From assembly GCA_963773065.1 (NCBI GenBank), contig CAVYZN010000006.1:1-64000 (forward strand): DNA of 64,000 bases. Reading direction: 5' to 3'. Below, piece after piece: positions 35,983-46,967 of the stretch. How positions within the stretch are numbered: the stretch's first letter is position 1; every line of letters starts with the position of its first letter. A model generated the notes under the pieces. That model saw only the letters and a program-made list of their open reading frames with translations, did not search any database and was not told where the DNA came from. The stretch is from an uncultured Gammaproteobacteria bacterium. GTDB taxonomy: Bacteria > Pseudomonadota > Gammaproteobacteria > UBA9214. Position numbers and translations under genes: made by a program.

Positions 35983-37582
35983 CTACTCGGGTATATATTC
36001 GGAAAGATAAGGATTGACCACTTTTACGAATTCGACCAGTCTGCCATCGGCAGCCGCCAGATCGTCGCCGGGATCGATGAAGGCGGTCAGACGCACCAGC
36101 GCTCCATCCGTACGATTCCTGGTCATGGCATCCCAGAGCAGATACCACTTGACCAGCCATTCATTGGTAATATTACGACCCCGTTGCTGGAACCAGTAAT
36201 AAACAAGCTGGGTAGAGTCACCTTTTTTTATCAACAAACGGTTCACTTCCAACGGCTTGCCGTTGATCTCGACACCATCGATGGCGCGGACGGTATGGTC
36301 CTTGATCAGCCACCCGCCACCGGGGATACAGGAACGCGGTGAATGCGCCGAGGCGCCCGAGCGCTGCGACGCATAGTACGCAATGTAGAAATTTACCATC
36401 CCACCTTCGCGATTGTGGTAATCAGAAAGCAGGTAGTCGTCTAACTTCAAGGCGTCAAGATAGATGCTTTCCAACTGTCCTGGTCGCCCTTCCCAGCCCG
36501 CAATCACTCGCGGGAAGCCATCGAAACCGGCTCGTTCAGGAATCTGCTCGGAGCGTCCCGTCACGGCGACGGTTGCAGCCGTTCCAGCGCCGAGCAGCAA
36601 CAACGCGATCGATAGCCGGAGCAGTTACCCGTCGATGGCGGTGCTGGGCGCCAGATTGCCTTTCCGGGAAATCAAAGCCGAAAATCTCCCCAAACGACTT
36701 CCTATCAGATCCCAGTCGCGACAGCACCCAAATCTCGACGAGCAACAGGCCGACGCATCCCATGAACACGACCCAGCCCTCGAAATAGTGCAGGAATCCC
36801 TCCGCCTGTTTGGGACCGCCGTATTCGACCAGCACGCCGATCACACCGATTCGGAAGCTGTTCATGAACACCGTAATCGGAATGCTCGACAAGACAACCA
36901 CGAAACGCTTCCAGACCGCATCCCGGTAGAAATACGCCGCGATGATGGAGAGGGAAACCAGCGGGAACAGGTAGCGCAAGCCGCTGCAGGCCTCGACAAC
37001 CTGCAATTTGTAGGTACCGAGATCGATGACATTGCCTTCCAGAAACACGCTGATCCCGAACAACCGGATCACCTCCACACCGATCTGCGAGGATATAAGC
37101 TGCAACTGCGAGGATAAATTGTTGTACAGGAAGGGCGGCAGGGGAACCATCAGAAACAACAGCAACAGGGGGACCAGAATCACCCGGAACGCTTTCCAGC
37201 CCATGAGACTGTAAGCGCCCCCCATGAGTGAAAGCAGAAACCCATATTGGGTAACCGAATGCAGGGTACTGAGCTGTCCGGCAAATAAAACGAGCAGCCC
37301 ACCCAGCAGCAACGCCACACCGACCCAGGAACCGCTGAAATCGAGCTGTGAAAGCTTATCCTTGCGCTGCCAGACGAGAAATGCGGCGATGAACGGGATC
37401 ATGAACCCATAACCGTATTCTTCGCTGCCCTCCCACCGCTGAATCATGCTCACCAGCGAGGGATAGGCGGCCGCGACGAGCAGCCCCCCTCCTGCGAGGA
37501 GGAGACCCCAGATCAGCGGGCCGGATTTCAAATAGGTGGTATTACCTTGATCAGCGGCATAGACATATATATAAGGAAACAA
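35983..37582 (-). CDS. xrtD: Exosortase fused to an EpsI domain, XrtD-like (frameshift ~36620)
   Basis: EGNVIDLGTYKLQVVEACSGLRYLFPL, NSFRIG, FLHYFEGW; C-terminal HSPRSCIPGGGW, YYWFQQRGR, RTDGALVRL. Confidence 0.82.
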
Positions 37583-37648
37583 TTTCCCGAGATCGGGAAT
37601 ATCCCGAATACCAGTGGTTTGAAATTAGTTGACTTTACGTGGATGACG

Positions 37649-38059
37649 TCACAATCGAAACTTGATCGGCTGGCCGGGGCATTCACTATACCAGCCGGTC
37701 ACATCGGCAGCCAAGCAAAAACAAGCTGCACAACCCAACGTTATCAGTGCGTTACCTTGACGTTCGTCGAGCATCCGGTGCAACACCGTCTGCTTCGACC
37801 AATGCTCCACCGCGAAGGCGCGGCCGGCCAATCCCAACCGCCGGCGCTCCTCGGGCGAGCGTCCAAGGCGTTCAACCGCAGCCAGAAAGGCCTGTTGATC
37901 ACCGGGCATCACGACCTGCCCGCAACCACTCACCACCTCCGCAACCTGCGACCCCGCTCGCGCCGTGGCGATCACCGGCCGGCCACTCGCCAGCATCGCG
38001 GTGAGTTTTGACGGCATCACCAGATCTTCGGCATCGGCGCGCTGTGGCAGCAATATCAT
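37649..38059 (-). pseudogene. WcaI-like GT4 C-terminal fragment
   Basis: LLPQRADAEDLVMPSKLTAMLASGRPVIATA; the N-terminal ~270 aa is absent. Confidence 0.75.
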
Positions 38060-38064
38060 TGCAG

Positions 38065-38880
38065 CTACTTATCAATGCAGGCTTTCTTCAAAAAAAGCAC
38101 ACTAAAATTTTGAGTAGGAGGTTTGGCCATCGAACGACCATCGAATGCCACAAAATCCTTAGACTGAAGAAACTCGGGAATCCGGGCATCTTTATACCCG
38201 TCGAGATATACAGCTTTGATTCTGCCCGCTTGAAAAAAGCCCCTCGCTCCCTGCAGCACTTGCCATTCGTGTCCCTCAACATCAATCTTCATTACAATTG
38301 AGTTCCCTGCTATATCAAAGCTATCGAGTCGCTTTACGGGGACGTCTACAGTCCAATCTGGGTCTTGAAAATCTGATGCATCCTGCAAGCTACCAAAGAC
38401 GCCTGATACAGCTCCCTTGGCGAATCGCATACTACCGTCATAGTCCGACAGGCCGATGCATTCAATAATTGTCGCGTTACCTTTCAGCGTTTTTCGCAAT
38501 CTCTTTGCGGTTTCCGGATTCGCCTCAAATGCATAGAATCTGATAGAAGGAAAAACGTGCTGTATTCTTCCGATAATGCCGGAATAGAGACCAACATTCG
38601 CTCCTATATCGATGAATGTGTCACCGCGCTCAAGAATCAGCGCCAGATTAATTATTGAAGCAATCTCATCACGGAATACTATGTTTGATCTCGAATTCTT
38701 GGCGGCTCTTACATAGCCAATCTCCGATATCGTATTGACACATAGCTTACTGCCCGCGATTTCAATTTCTACTTCCTCTTCCTGCAAGAATAATCTGGTA
38801 AGCCAGAGACGCAATCGCGGGTTGCGCAAGAACAATCGCCATATGAGCCAAGTTATGAATTTATTCTTGTAAATGTTCAT
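38065..38880 (-). CDS. FkbM-family methyltransferase
   Basis: FIDIGANVGLYS, FEANP, MKIDVEGHEWQVLQG. Confidence 0.88.
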   Translation of the reverse strand: MNIYKNKFITWLIWRLFLRNPRLRLWLTRLFLQEEEVEIEIAGSKLCVNTISEIGYVRAAKNSRSNIVFRDEIASIINLALILERGDTFIDIGANVGLYSGIIGRIQHVFPSIRFYAFEANPETAKRLRKTLKGNATIIECIGLSDYDGSMRFAKGAVSGVFGSLQDASDFQDPDWTVDVPVKRLDSFDIAGNSIVMKIDVEGHEWQVLQGARGFFQAGRIKAVYLDGYKDARIPEFLQSKDFVAFDGRSMAKPPTQNFSVLFLKKACIDK

Positions 38881-39019
38881 TCGAGGTCTCCTTTGCATTT
38901 CGACGTCGCAAGGCCGTATGGCTTCGGTGAAGCCAAGCGAGTCGTCAGTTACGCTTTATCGGCAGTAAACGCGAACGGGTATTGCCTGGTGACAAAATTC
39001 GGCATCTTGCTTCAGACCA

Positions 39020-39330
39020 TCAATCACTTACTGCGAATAACCAATCCGATTGTGCGCACCTTCCTGGACGCCGTCCCCTCGCGGTAAAGCATTCCGTTTC
39101 TTCGATCGATCCCTCATAGCGCACCGCATTGGCAACATCGATGAGCACATCCCGCAGCAACTCGTTGCGGCACCACTGTTGAAAACGGCGATGCACTGTT
39201 TTGTGGGTGCTTGCTACCAGGTCGACTGGGTGGACGACGTTCCTCCGGAAAATGTTCCCGAATACATTCCCAGTGTTCATCGCTCTGGCGTAGCACAGAG
39301 CCGGGGTCATACGAGATTTTATTCATTTCG
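39020..39330 (-). pseudogene. IS5-family transposase N-terminal remnant
   Basis: SDEHWECIREHFPEE..SRPG and KTVHRRFQQWC..LRDVL..ETECF in different frames. Confidence 0.7.
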
Positions 39331-39374
39331 TAATTTTGAGATGATAAGTTTTTAGTAACTGACAAGTTTTAAGA

Positions 39375-40136
39375 TTAAGAATTTTCAAAGGGATTTTTAT
39401 ATAAACCGAATCTCTGCTTTAGGATGTAGTAAAAAAACGGGGTATCATCCACCAGATATCTTTTCCAAAGTCTTTTAGGTTCTTTCATTAACCGATAAAA
39501 CCATTCGAGGCCTAGCTTTTGATATCGCTTCAGGGGCACGCTTGATATTCCCGGCTTCAAAGTCAATGGTTGCGCCTAACGCCATAAAAAGTTTGATATT
39601 TGTAAATCTGTCTTTGTATTTGAAAATCCATTTTTCTTGTTTCGGTGCACCAACACCCACAACTAATACAGTCGCATCTGTTTGGTTAATTTTCTCAATG
39701 ATTTCCGCACATTCCGATTCGCTATTTTCAAAACCAAACGATGGAGAATGTGCACCAACAATAATTGGTCTTCCTGTTCTCTTCATTTATTTTTATCATT
39801 GCTTCGTCGAGCAACACCAGGTGCAGCTCCTAGCAAGAATATCTTTATCAGTGGATTCGATTTGTGATGACTGCAATATAGAGGGAAAAAAGAAGAGCCA
39901 GGAATTACTTCCTTTAGCGGGTTCCCTAAAAATTTAGCACTTAAAAATAGAAGCTTACTGTCGCAAACCACCCAATCGGCATTTAGGTAAATATGGTAGA
40001 ATTCTTTATCTTTTTGTAGCTTGATAAGATGATCGACATTGGGAGTTATCAATACTCCATCAATAAGCTGATCAAGTAATTCCTTAACGCTAATCGAATG
40101 TATCTTAATATTTAAGATTGAGACTGATTTATGCAT
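39375..40136 (-). CDS. WecB/TagA/CpsF glycosyltransferase (frameshifted)
   Basis: ITPNVDHL, IFLLGAAPGVA, VGVGAPKQEKW, GATIDFEAG, GLEWFYRLMKEPKRLWKRY; AT-rich. Confidence 0.88.
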
Positions 40137-40194
40137 TCTAAGAGGAAGAACTTGTATGGCTTTTCTACATAATCTAAAGCAGATTGGCATTTCA

Positions 40195-41230
40195 TTAAAA
40201 CTTTAACCAGTCAAATGTGGTCGAATTGTCATTTTTGATTATTTTCGATATCAGACTAAATGACGAGTTACCTTGCCAGTAAAGGTATTTAGTCATCGAT
40301 AATAACCACATATCAGCTACGCTATCGTAGAATAATTGTTCCTTTTGATCTTCCTCAAAATACCAATAAGCCCATTTGTGTATTCCTCCATGATCAATTT
40401 TTGGAATACGCTTCTCAAAGAACAGCATTCTGTCTTGGAAGGTGTTTTTTAGTTTATCAATTAAATCGATATTGTCTGAGCACAAAAATAGTTTTTACCT
40501 GTGAGATCTTCTCCAACTCAGATTTCAATTTTTTAATCAATCTATCTAATTGAGATTTCGGTTTCTTATCCGTATATCTGATATGAACGCCAATAACATT
40601 AGAAAAGTCATTCTCGGTAGCATACTGCTTAAACTGCTGATAGTAGATGTCTTTCAGTTGAACATAATTCAGTAGATTAGAAATTCGGCATAAAGGTCTA
40701 AAATCAGCAAATACGACAATATCCTGATCAAGCCATTTTGGAAGTGCAGCACCTAATGGAAAATTGTCTCCTTTAAGGATATCCCGAACCGCTCCCCAAT
40801 ATCCCTTTTTGTCATTAACTCTTTGGAAAGACTGCAATCCAACCACGTAGCCAAGTTTATAGCGGAATATCAAACCCATCCCAACTTTATACGGAGGGTA
40901 GTTGGCAATCGAAGGCGTACATGCATAATAATTTTTTAATAGTGCATTTGTAATATCTTCTTTATGAAGTATTCGCGGAAATGTAGAAGCCCCATTATCT
41001 ATCGCTTTTAAAATTTCATCGGGCGCATCAACATATGCTACATTTTTTAATTCAAAATATTTAAAGAAAATATTAACTCCAGTTGGGCCAAACATCCCAT
41101 CGCACCAATCCAGATATATGGTTCGTTGCGTTTTTTTTGCATAGGAAATCGCTTTCATCAAGGAAATGAAGCGATTTCCTATACCGCCAACTCCTTTTAC
41201 TATTAGATATTTTTCAGCTTCATCTTTCAT
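40195..41230 (-). CDS. NodZ-like / fucosyltransferase-fold protein (frameshift ~40480)
   Basis: YLIVKGVGGIGNR, YLDWCDG, IGVHIRYTD, CSDN, ADMWLLS..GNSSFS. Confidence 0.7.
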
Positions 41231-41261
41231 TTTTACTCTTCTTACTCGCACATTACATGTG

Positions 41262-41763
41262 CAGTCTTCTGCTCGATGCGCCGGGTCTCGTCCAGGGCCC
41301 TGGAGGCGTGGGCGATCACATGGAACTTGTCGAAGGTGATCCGGGCATTGGGAAGACTCTCGGCGCAGCCCTTGATGAAGGCCGGCGACATGTCGATGCT
41401 GACCGAGTCGATGGCATCAATGTCGGCACCATGGGCCCGGAGATCCTCGGCGAGCCGCCGGATCGCCTCGGCCTCACGGCCTTCGGTGACGAACAGCACC
41501 GCGCGGCGCTCGGCGTCGGCGGCCAGGGTGACATAGTCGTGGCCGCGGGCTCGCGAGGTCTCGTCGATGGCCAGGCGGGTGACCTCGGAGAAGTCGGCCT
41601 CGGCCAGCGCGAGATCGACATAGCGCCCGCAAATCGCCGCCACCCGATGCCAGCTCTCGCCGGTGAGACGTGCCACCGCCGCAAACGGCATCTCGCGCGC
41701 CAACATCAGCACAAGTGCCTCAAAGAGCAGCGTGAAGCCCGAGAGCTTCCCGGTCCAGCCCGG
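41262..41763 (-). mobile_element. ISL3-family transposase internal fragment
   Basis: AREMPFAAVAR, LAIDETSRARGHDYVT, SIDMSPAFIKG, FDKFHVI; GC-rich island without termini. Confidence 0.88.
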
Positions 41764-42327
41764 CTATTTTTCTATTTGAGAAAGTTCCCGTTTTTTAATC
41801 AACATAGCAGGGTTGCCCCTTACAACAGTCCATGGTTCAACATTTTTAAAAACAGCAGACCTGGCACCTACAACCGCTCCCTGGCCTATATTAACTCCAG
41901 GTCCAATAAAGGCATCAGCTGCAACCCAAACTTGATCAGCAATAAATATAGGCTGTAAAACCAACCTGTGTTTAGGATCAGAAATATCGTGACTTGAAGC
42001 ACAGAGATAGGTTTTTTGAGATATTGTTGTGTGAGCGCCAATCGTTATTTTCCCTTGATTGTAACAATCAACTTCAGGACCTAAAGTAGAATAAGTTCCC
42101 ATTTCCAAATTCCAGGGAGCCCATATTTTGGCCGTTGCATAAATATATACATGCGGTGCTAATTTGGCGCCAAAAAGTCGAAGTATTGAATTTCTCCAGC
42201 TCGTAAAAAGCCCGAGATTGAATGGACGGAACAGAATCCAATAACAAAGATTCCAAATAACTCGGCCGATCTTATTTTTCGTACTAAATCGAAAATCGTA
42301 TTTGGATAAGTCAACAGATGTTTCCAT
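41764..42327 (-). CDS. WcaF-like hexapeptide-repeat O-acetyltransferase
   Basis: LRLFGAK, IWAPWNLEMG, ISQKTYLCASSHD, WVAADAFIGPGV, GNPA. Confidence 0.88.
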   Translation of the reverse strand: METSVDLSKYDFRFSTKNKIGRVIWNLCYWILFRPFNLGLFTSWRNSILRLFGAKLAPHVYIYATAKIWAPWNLEMGTYSTLGPEVDCYNQGKITIGAHTTISQKTYLCASSHDISDPKHRLVLQPIFIADQVWVAADAFIGPGVNIGQGAVVGARSAVFKNVEPWTVVRGNPAMLIKKRELSQIEK

Positions 42328-42713
42328 GTAATTATTCCAAGAATGAAATCTTGTTTTAGTTTTGCTTCGCGATAAGATCTTGATAGAGTCGTTGCATATT
42401 TTTAGTGACCGACTGGATATCGTCCCTTTTCTTCACTAATCGATGGCCATTTTGCCGCATAATTGCGTATAGGCAATATAAACCTTGCTGCAATCGTTCT
42501 ATGAGTTGAGGATCGTCCTCAAGGTAAGGGAAATGGAAAGCAAGCACTGAAGTCGACAGGTGTCAGACTACAACATTACTATTGGAGGAAATCTGTGCCG
42601 CATGTCTCCGTCCTCCTAGCATGTACTTCGACTATAAATCTTAACCAGACCTCCTCCCTGCGAATCATTCGAAGGCCTTAAATTCATGCCACCAATAAGA
42701 AGGGAACGGCATC

Positions 42714-43923
42714 TCAGAGGATCCCGCGGTTCTGCATAGACCTGATTTTGATATACATGGTCTGGAAAATGTTCGACAGCAATGAAACTGCCGCCCGCTT
42801 CGAGGTATAGCGCGAGGCAAAACATTCCCGCGTCTTGCCGCGCATGCGCTCGCGCTGCACTGGATCCAAGCTAAGCCAGCGATTGAACATTGCTACGCAG
42901 CCCTCGACCGTGTCCTCATCCGCAATACCCGCTCCGTCAGCGACGATGTCCGCCCAGATGTTGACCGATCTGGAGATCAGCACGGGGACACCGACGGATA
43001 GCGATTCTACCACGGCGATGCCAAAATTCTCCTGGTGTGAGGGCAACACAAACGCCTCGGCGCATTGCAGCGCCCCCCACTTGTCGTCCCCCATGCAGCA
43101 TGCCGGTCCAATAGATGCATTCATCGACGCCCAAACGCCGGCTCAATGCCTTGAGCTCACCGGCATAGCCGCCATCGGCCGGCCCGGCCATGATCAGGCG
43201 CATGCGCCGCGTATCCCAGTCACCCGAATCGCGCAGCCTCGCCACCGACTTGATGAGGATGTCCGGCCCCTTTTTCGGATGCACCCGGCCGAGAAATACA
43301 AACCGTCGAAAGTCCTGCAATGCGGGGTGCCTTTCCAGAAAGGCGGTCCCGTAGTCACGCCCGGGATCCTGGGCGCCCGGTGTGCCGTAGTTGACCACGA
43401 TTTCGTTACAGTCGTAGAGCCAGAATGAATCCCGCGCGAGCATCCGTTCCTCCTCGCAGGTGAACATCACTCCGCGAGCATCGCGCAGGACGGGATAGAC
43501 CGCCCAGGGCCAGAAGAGCCACTTCTTCACGTGCTTTAAAGGGTAGCGGTATTTGAACCACGGATCGAGCATACCATGGGTGTAGACGAAATAAGGCACG
43601 CCCGTTTCGCGCAGCGCGCGCCATGTGCCGAAGCAGTTGTAGCCCCAGATGCCATTCACCACCACACAGTCATAGTTGCGGGCGTTGGCGCGTAGCCACG
43701 GCACAAACCTGGGTGAGTAACCATAGCGCGTAAAAGCCGGCCCCATGGCATGCACGGTGTACGGAAACTCCCGCACCCATCTGCTGGCCGGATCGTCCAA
43801 CGTAAGGAGTTCGATCCGGTGGCCATAGTTCTTATTGATCCGGGATAGCTGCCTGACGCCCTCGATAGGGCCACCCGAAGCCGGGTCCACTGACGCGATC
43901 GAATGGAGTATCCGCAACTGCAT
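42714..43923 (-). CDS. GT4 glycosyltransferase (frameshift ~43095)
   Basis: SVDPASGGPIEG, THGMLDPW, FLGRVHPKKG, FVLPSHQENFGIAVVES. Confidence 0.88.
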
Positions 43924-43926
43924 GCA

Positions 43927-44430
43927 TCAACGCCCGTCGATGCGCGAACACGTCGGGCATTCGTTCTGGGGTGTGGCACGATAGGTTAGAAGCTGATCCA
44001 TGGATATCCAGCGTCCGTCACTCCCCTGCAGCGCCCCGCAGCCATGGCAGACATTGAGCAATGACCGCATGGCATCCATCCGCCGACGATGCGCCTCCAG
44101 TGTGCGCTTGAACAACAAGACGAAAATACCGGAAACCAGATAAACTACACCGCGGACAACGCCGTCGTAATAGCGTATCCACTCCTCGCTGTATTCCTGT
44201 CCCGACAAAGCGTTGGACCATATCCACAAACACACGGCCAAAGTGACGCCAACTGCGGTCCCTTTCCAGCCGAAATCCCAGGACAGCGACGCCACTGGAA
44301 TCATGTAGAGGGGAAACAGTCCAAATTCATAGCCCAGCGTGATCTGGCCCAAGAAGACCCACAGGAACCACGTCAAGGGTATCAGGACGCGCATGACGAA
44401 TTTGGACACGGATAAGGGCCGTATATTCAC
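43927..44430 (-). CDS. Membrane protein with C-terminal CxxC...CxxC motif
   Basis: About four TM helices (LYMIPV) followed by LLNVCHGCG..GRW..ECPTC. Confidence 0.65.
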   Translation of the reverse strand: MNIRPLSVSKFVMRVLIPLTWFLWVFLGQITLGYEFGLFPLYMIPVASLSWDFGWKGTAVGVTLAVCLWIWSNALSGQEYSEEWIRYYDGVVRGVVYLVSGIFVLLFKRTLEAHRRRMDAMRSLLNVCHGCGALQGSDGRWISMDQLLTYRATPQNECPTCSRIDGR

Positions 44431-44615
44431 ACTTCTTCTTCAGAGAGGTCGTTTTGTGGAAGGTGGGTTCAATTCGTTAGGGAAACCACATCACTGCTGT
44501 CCCGTTAACCAAATCAAAAAAGGCTTAAATCACAGTCAACATTCACCGAACGTATGATACGAAGCAAACGCATGAAAAAACAGACTTCTAGCTGTCAGCC
44601 GCTAGGTTCTAGAAA

Positions 44616-46418
44616 CTAGCAATTACGGCCTTCTGTCCCATTTGTCCGATAAAGGTAATGTCCCAACACCACCAGGCTCCACAGACGGGTCCAGTGGAGC
44701 TTTCGGTCCGCAAATCCCCTGCATAGCCGATCAATCACCCGTTCGCTAACCAAACGACAGCTTTTTAGATGGACGATGCCGTGGTTCACGAAGTCGGCCA
44801 GAGGCCCGCGCATCCAGGCATCCATCGGTAGCGCAAATCCCATTTTTCGGCGCTGGTAAACCTCCGGCGGCAACAGATCGCGACAAGCCTCGACCAGCAG
44901 ACCCTTCACGCCTCCAAACCGTCGCTTCTCGGCAGCGGGCAAACCCAGCACGTATTCGGCGAGTTCATGATCCAGCAGCGGCACGCGGAGTTCCAGACTC
45001 ACCGCCATGCTGACTTGGTCCGAATCGCGGAGCAGCATGTCCGCCATGTAGTGGCTCAACTCGGCCCAACTTACCCGCGCAAATTCGTCCGCTAGGTCCC
45101 ACGACGGATCCGCCGGATAAGGCGGTACAGGCAGTCCGGCTTCCCGCAAGAGACGGTTGGTCCAAAACGACCGCCGCCACGCCACAATGGGCGCGATTCC
45201 CCCCGCCGGCAATTCCGCCAGCCGCCGGCCATTGGCCCCCGCCAGGCGCAGCGGCTCCCGCAGGACCGCAGGCACCCGTGCCAGCCAGCGCAACCGGCCG
45301 ATTTCCCCAAAAATCGGATAGCCCCCAAACAGCTCATCTCCGCCGAGACCGGACAGCGCGACCTTGATCCCTGCCTCGGCCACCTTACGGCTGATGATGT
45401 AGGTGTTTATCGCGTCAACCGAGGGCAGGTCCAACACCTGCACGCAATCCAGTACCAGTTGCTGTACTTCGGCGTGATCCAACTGCACGCGCTGGTGACG
45501 GGTGCCGTAGCGACGAGCGATTTGCTCGGCGATGGCGGTCTCGTCGAACCCCGCCTCGGCAAAACCCAGTGAAAACGTGCGCAAGGCACCGGCCGCCGCC
45601 TGCGCGGCCAGCGCCGTGACAATTGACGAATCGATACCGCCGCTCAAGAAGCTGGCCACGGGCACATCCGCCAGCAGGTGCTCTCTCACCGCCTGCTCAA
45701 GCAGGGCTCGCACCCGTTGGGTCGTGCTGTCTCCAGTTTTTACGGGCACATTACGCTCCTTGGACAAAGCTGGCGTCCAGTAGCGCCACTGCCGAATCCG
45801 ACCTTCGGCCGACACCTCCATGGTGTGGGCGGGCGGTAAGCTCGACACCCCGGCGTGCAGCAATGAGGTCCCCGCACACGCGCCGGAACGCACATAAGCA
45901 GCCAGCCCCAAGGAGGAAACCGTGCCGCGCAAATCGGCCGGGAAAGCCCTCACCTCGGAGGCGACCAGCAACTGCGAATCGGTCTGCACGTAATAGAACG
46001 GTTTGATGCCAAACCGGTCCCGCGCCATCATCAACCCGCCGGTGCGGGCATCATACAGCACAAAGGCGAACATCCCTTTCAATCGGCTCAGCATCCCAGC
46101 TCCCCATTGCCGGTAGGAGGCCAGTAACGTCTCCGTATCGCTGTGTCCCCGCCAGGCCCCGCCCAGCTCTCGGCGCAATGCCAGATGATTGTAGATTTCC
46201 CCGTTGAAGACGATGACATTGCCCGTCTCCGGATCGCACATGGGCTGAGCCCCGTTGCCACTGAGGTCTAGAATGGCCAGCCGTACAAACCCGAACCACA
46301 TTCGGTCGTCGGCCGAACGCCACTCGCCACGGTCGTCCGGCCCACGATGTGCCATGCACGCCGGCTCCATCCGCCCGGCTTCTCCCTTGAAATTAAACCA
46401 TGCCAGTATGCCGCACAT
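44616..46418 (-). CDS. asnB: Asparagine synthase-like glutamine amidotransferase
   Basis: MCGI, HRGPD, RLAILDL, FNGEIYN, LSGGIDSS, LSGLGGDELFGGY. Confidence 0.92.
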   Translation of the reverse strand: MCGILAWFNFKGEAGRMEPACMAHRGPDDRGEWRSADDRMWFGFVRLAILDLSGNGAQPMCDPETGNVIVFNGEIYNHLALRRELGGAWRGHSDTETLLASYRQWGAGMLSRLKGMFAFVLYDARTGGLMMARDRFGIKPFYYVQTDSQLLVASEVRAFPADLRGTVSSLGLAAYVRSGACAGTSLLHAGVSSLPPAHTMEVSAEGRIRQWRYWTPALSKERNVPVKTGDSTTQRVRALLEQAVREHLLADVPVASFLSGGIDSSIVTALAAQAAAGALRTFSLGFAEAGFDETAIAEQIARRYGTRHQRVQLDHAEVQQLVLDCVQVLDLPSVDAINTYIISRKVAEAGIKVALSGLGGDELFGGYPIFGEIGRLRWLARVPAVLREPLRLAGANGRRLAELPAGGIAPIVAWRRSFWTNRLLREAGLPVPPYPADPSWDLADEFARVSWAELSHYMADMLLRDSDQVSMAVSLELRVPLLDHELAEYVLGLPAAEKRRFGGVKGLLVEACRDLLPPEVYQRRKMGFALPMDAWMRGPLADFVNHGIVHLKSCRLVSERVIDRLCRGFADRKLHWTRLWSLVVLGHYLYRTNGTEGRNC

Positions 46419-46465
46419 TTTATTGGTTACATAAGCCTCTGCTACTACCTGCTAGCCTCTGGAAA

Positions 46466-46681
46466 CTAGCGACTAGCGCCTTGCAACTGGGGTATTTGGC
46501 CGCCCATCTCCCTTTCCTTGAGTACGATGAAGTATTCGTAGATGGCTTGCAGCATCGCCATCGCATAGGTGCAGCCGGTGCGGCCATCCAAGATCGCACC
46601 ACGCACAAGCAGCATGTAGAAAAACTTGAGCAAGGGGTGGCCAGGCTGGAGAGTATTGGAGGTCTGCATTCTTGTGTCCAA
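46466..46681 (-). pseudogene. GT2 glycosyltransferase C-terminal fragment
   Basis: PLLKFFYMLLVRGAILDGRTG..YA..QAIYEYFIVLKERE resembles the tail of EPS GT2 enzymes. Confidence 0.55.
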
Positions 46682-46967
46682 ACCTGCTGAACCACGAGTG
46701 CCTCGGAAGATAGTCCTTCAGTTATTTTTACCCGTTAACGGTAATTGACATAATATTCAGGTGATTATGGATTGTCTATCTGACTTGGTCCCTCAGTAGG
46801 GTCCGAGAGGTTCGCAGGTGACAGTCATCAACAGACTGAGCAGACAGGATTTTTATCATATTTTGTAGTGTACTATTATCCATAGTCCGAATCCTTCATT
46901 TTAGTTGTTGGCCGCCTAACGAATAGCGTTTATCCACCACGCAGATTACAGTAAGTCGAATCGCATC

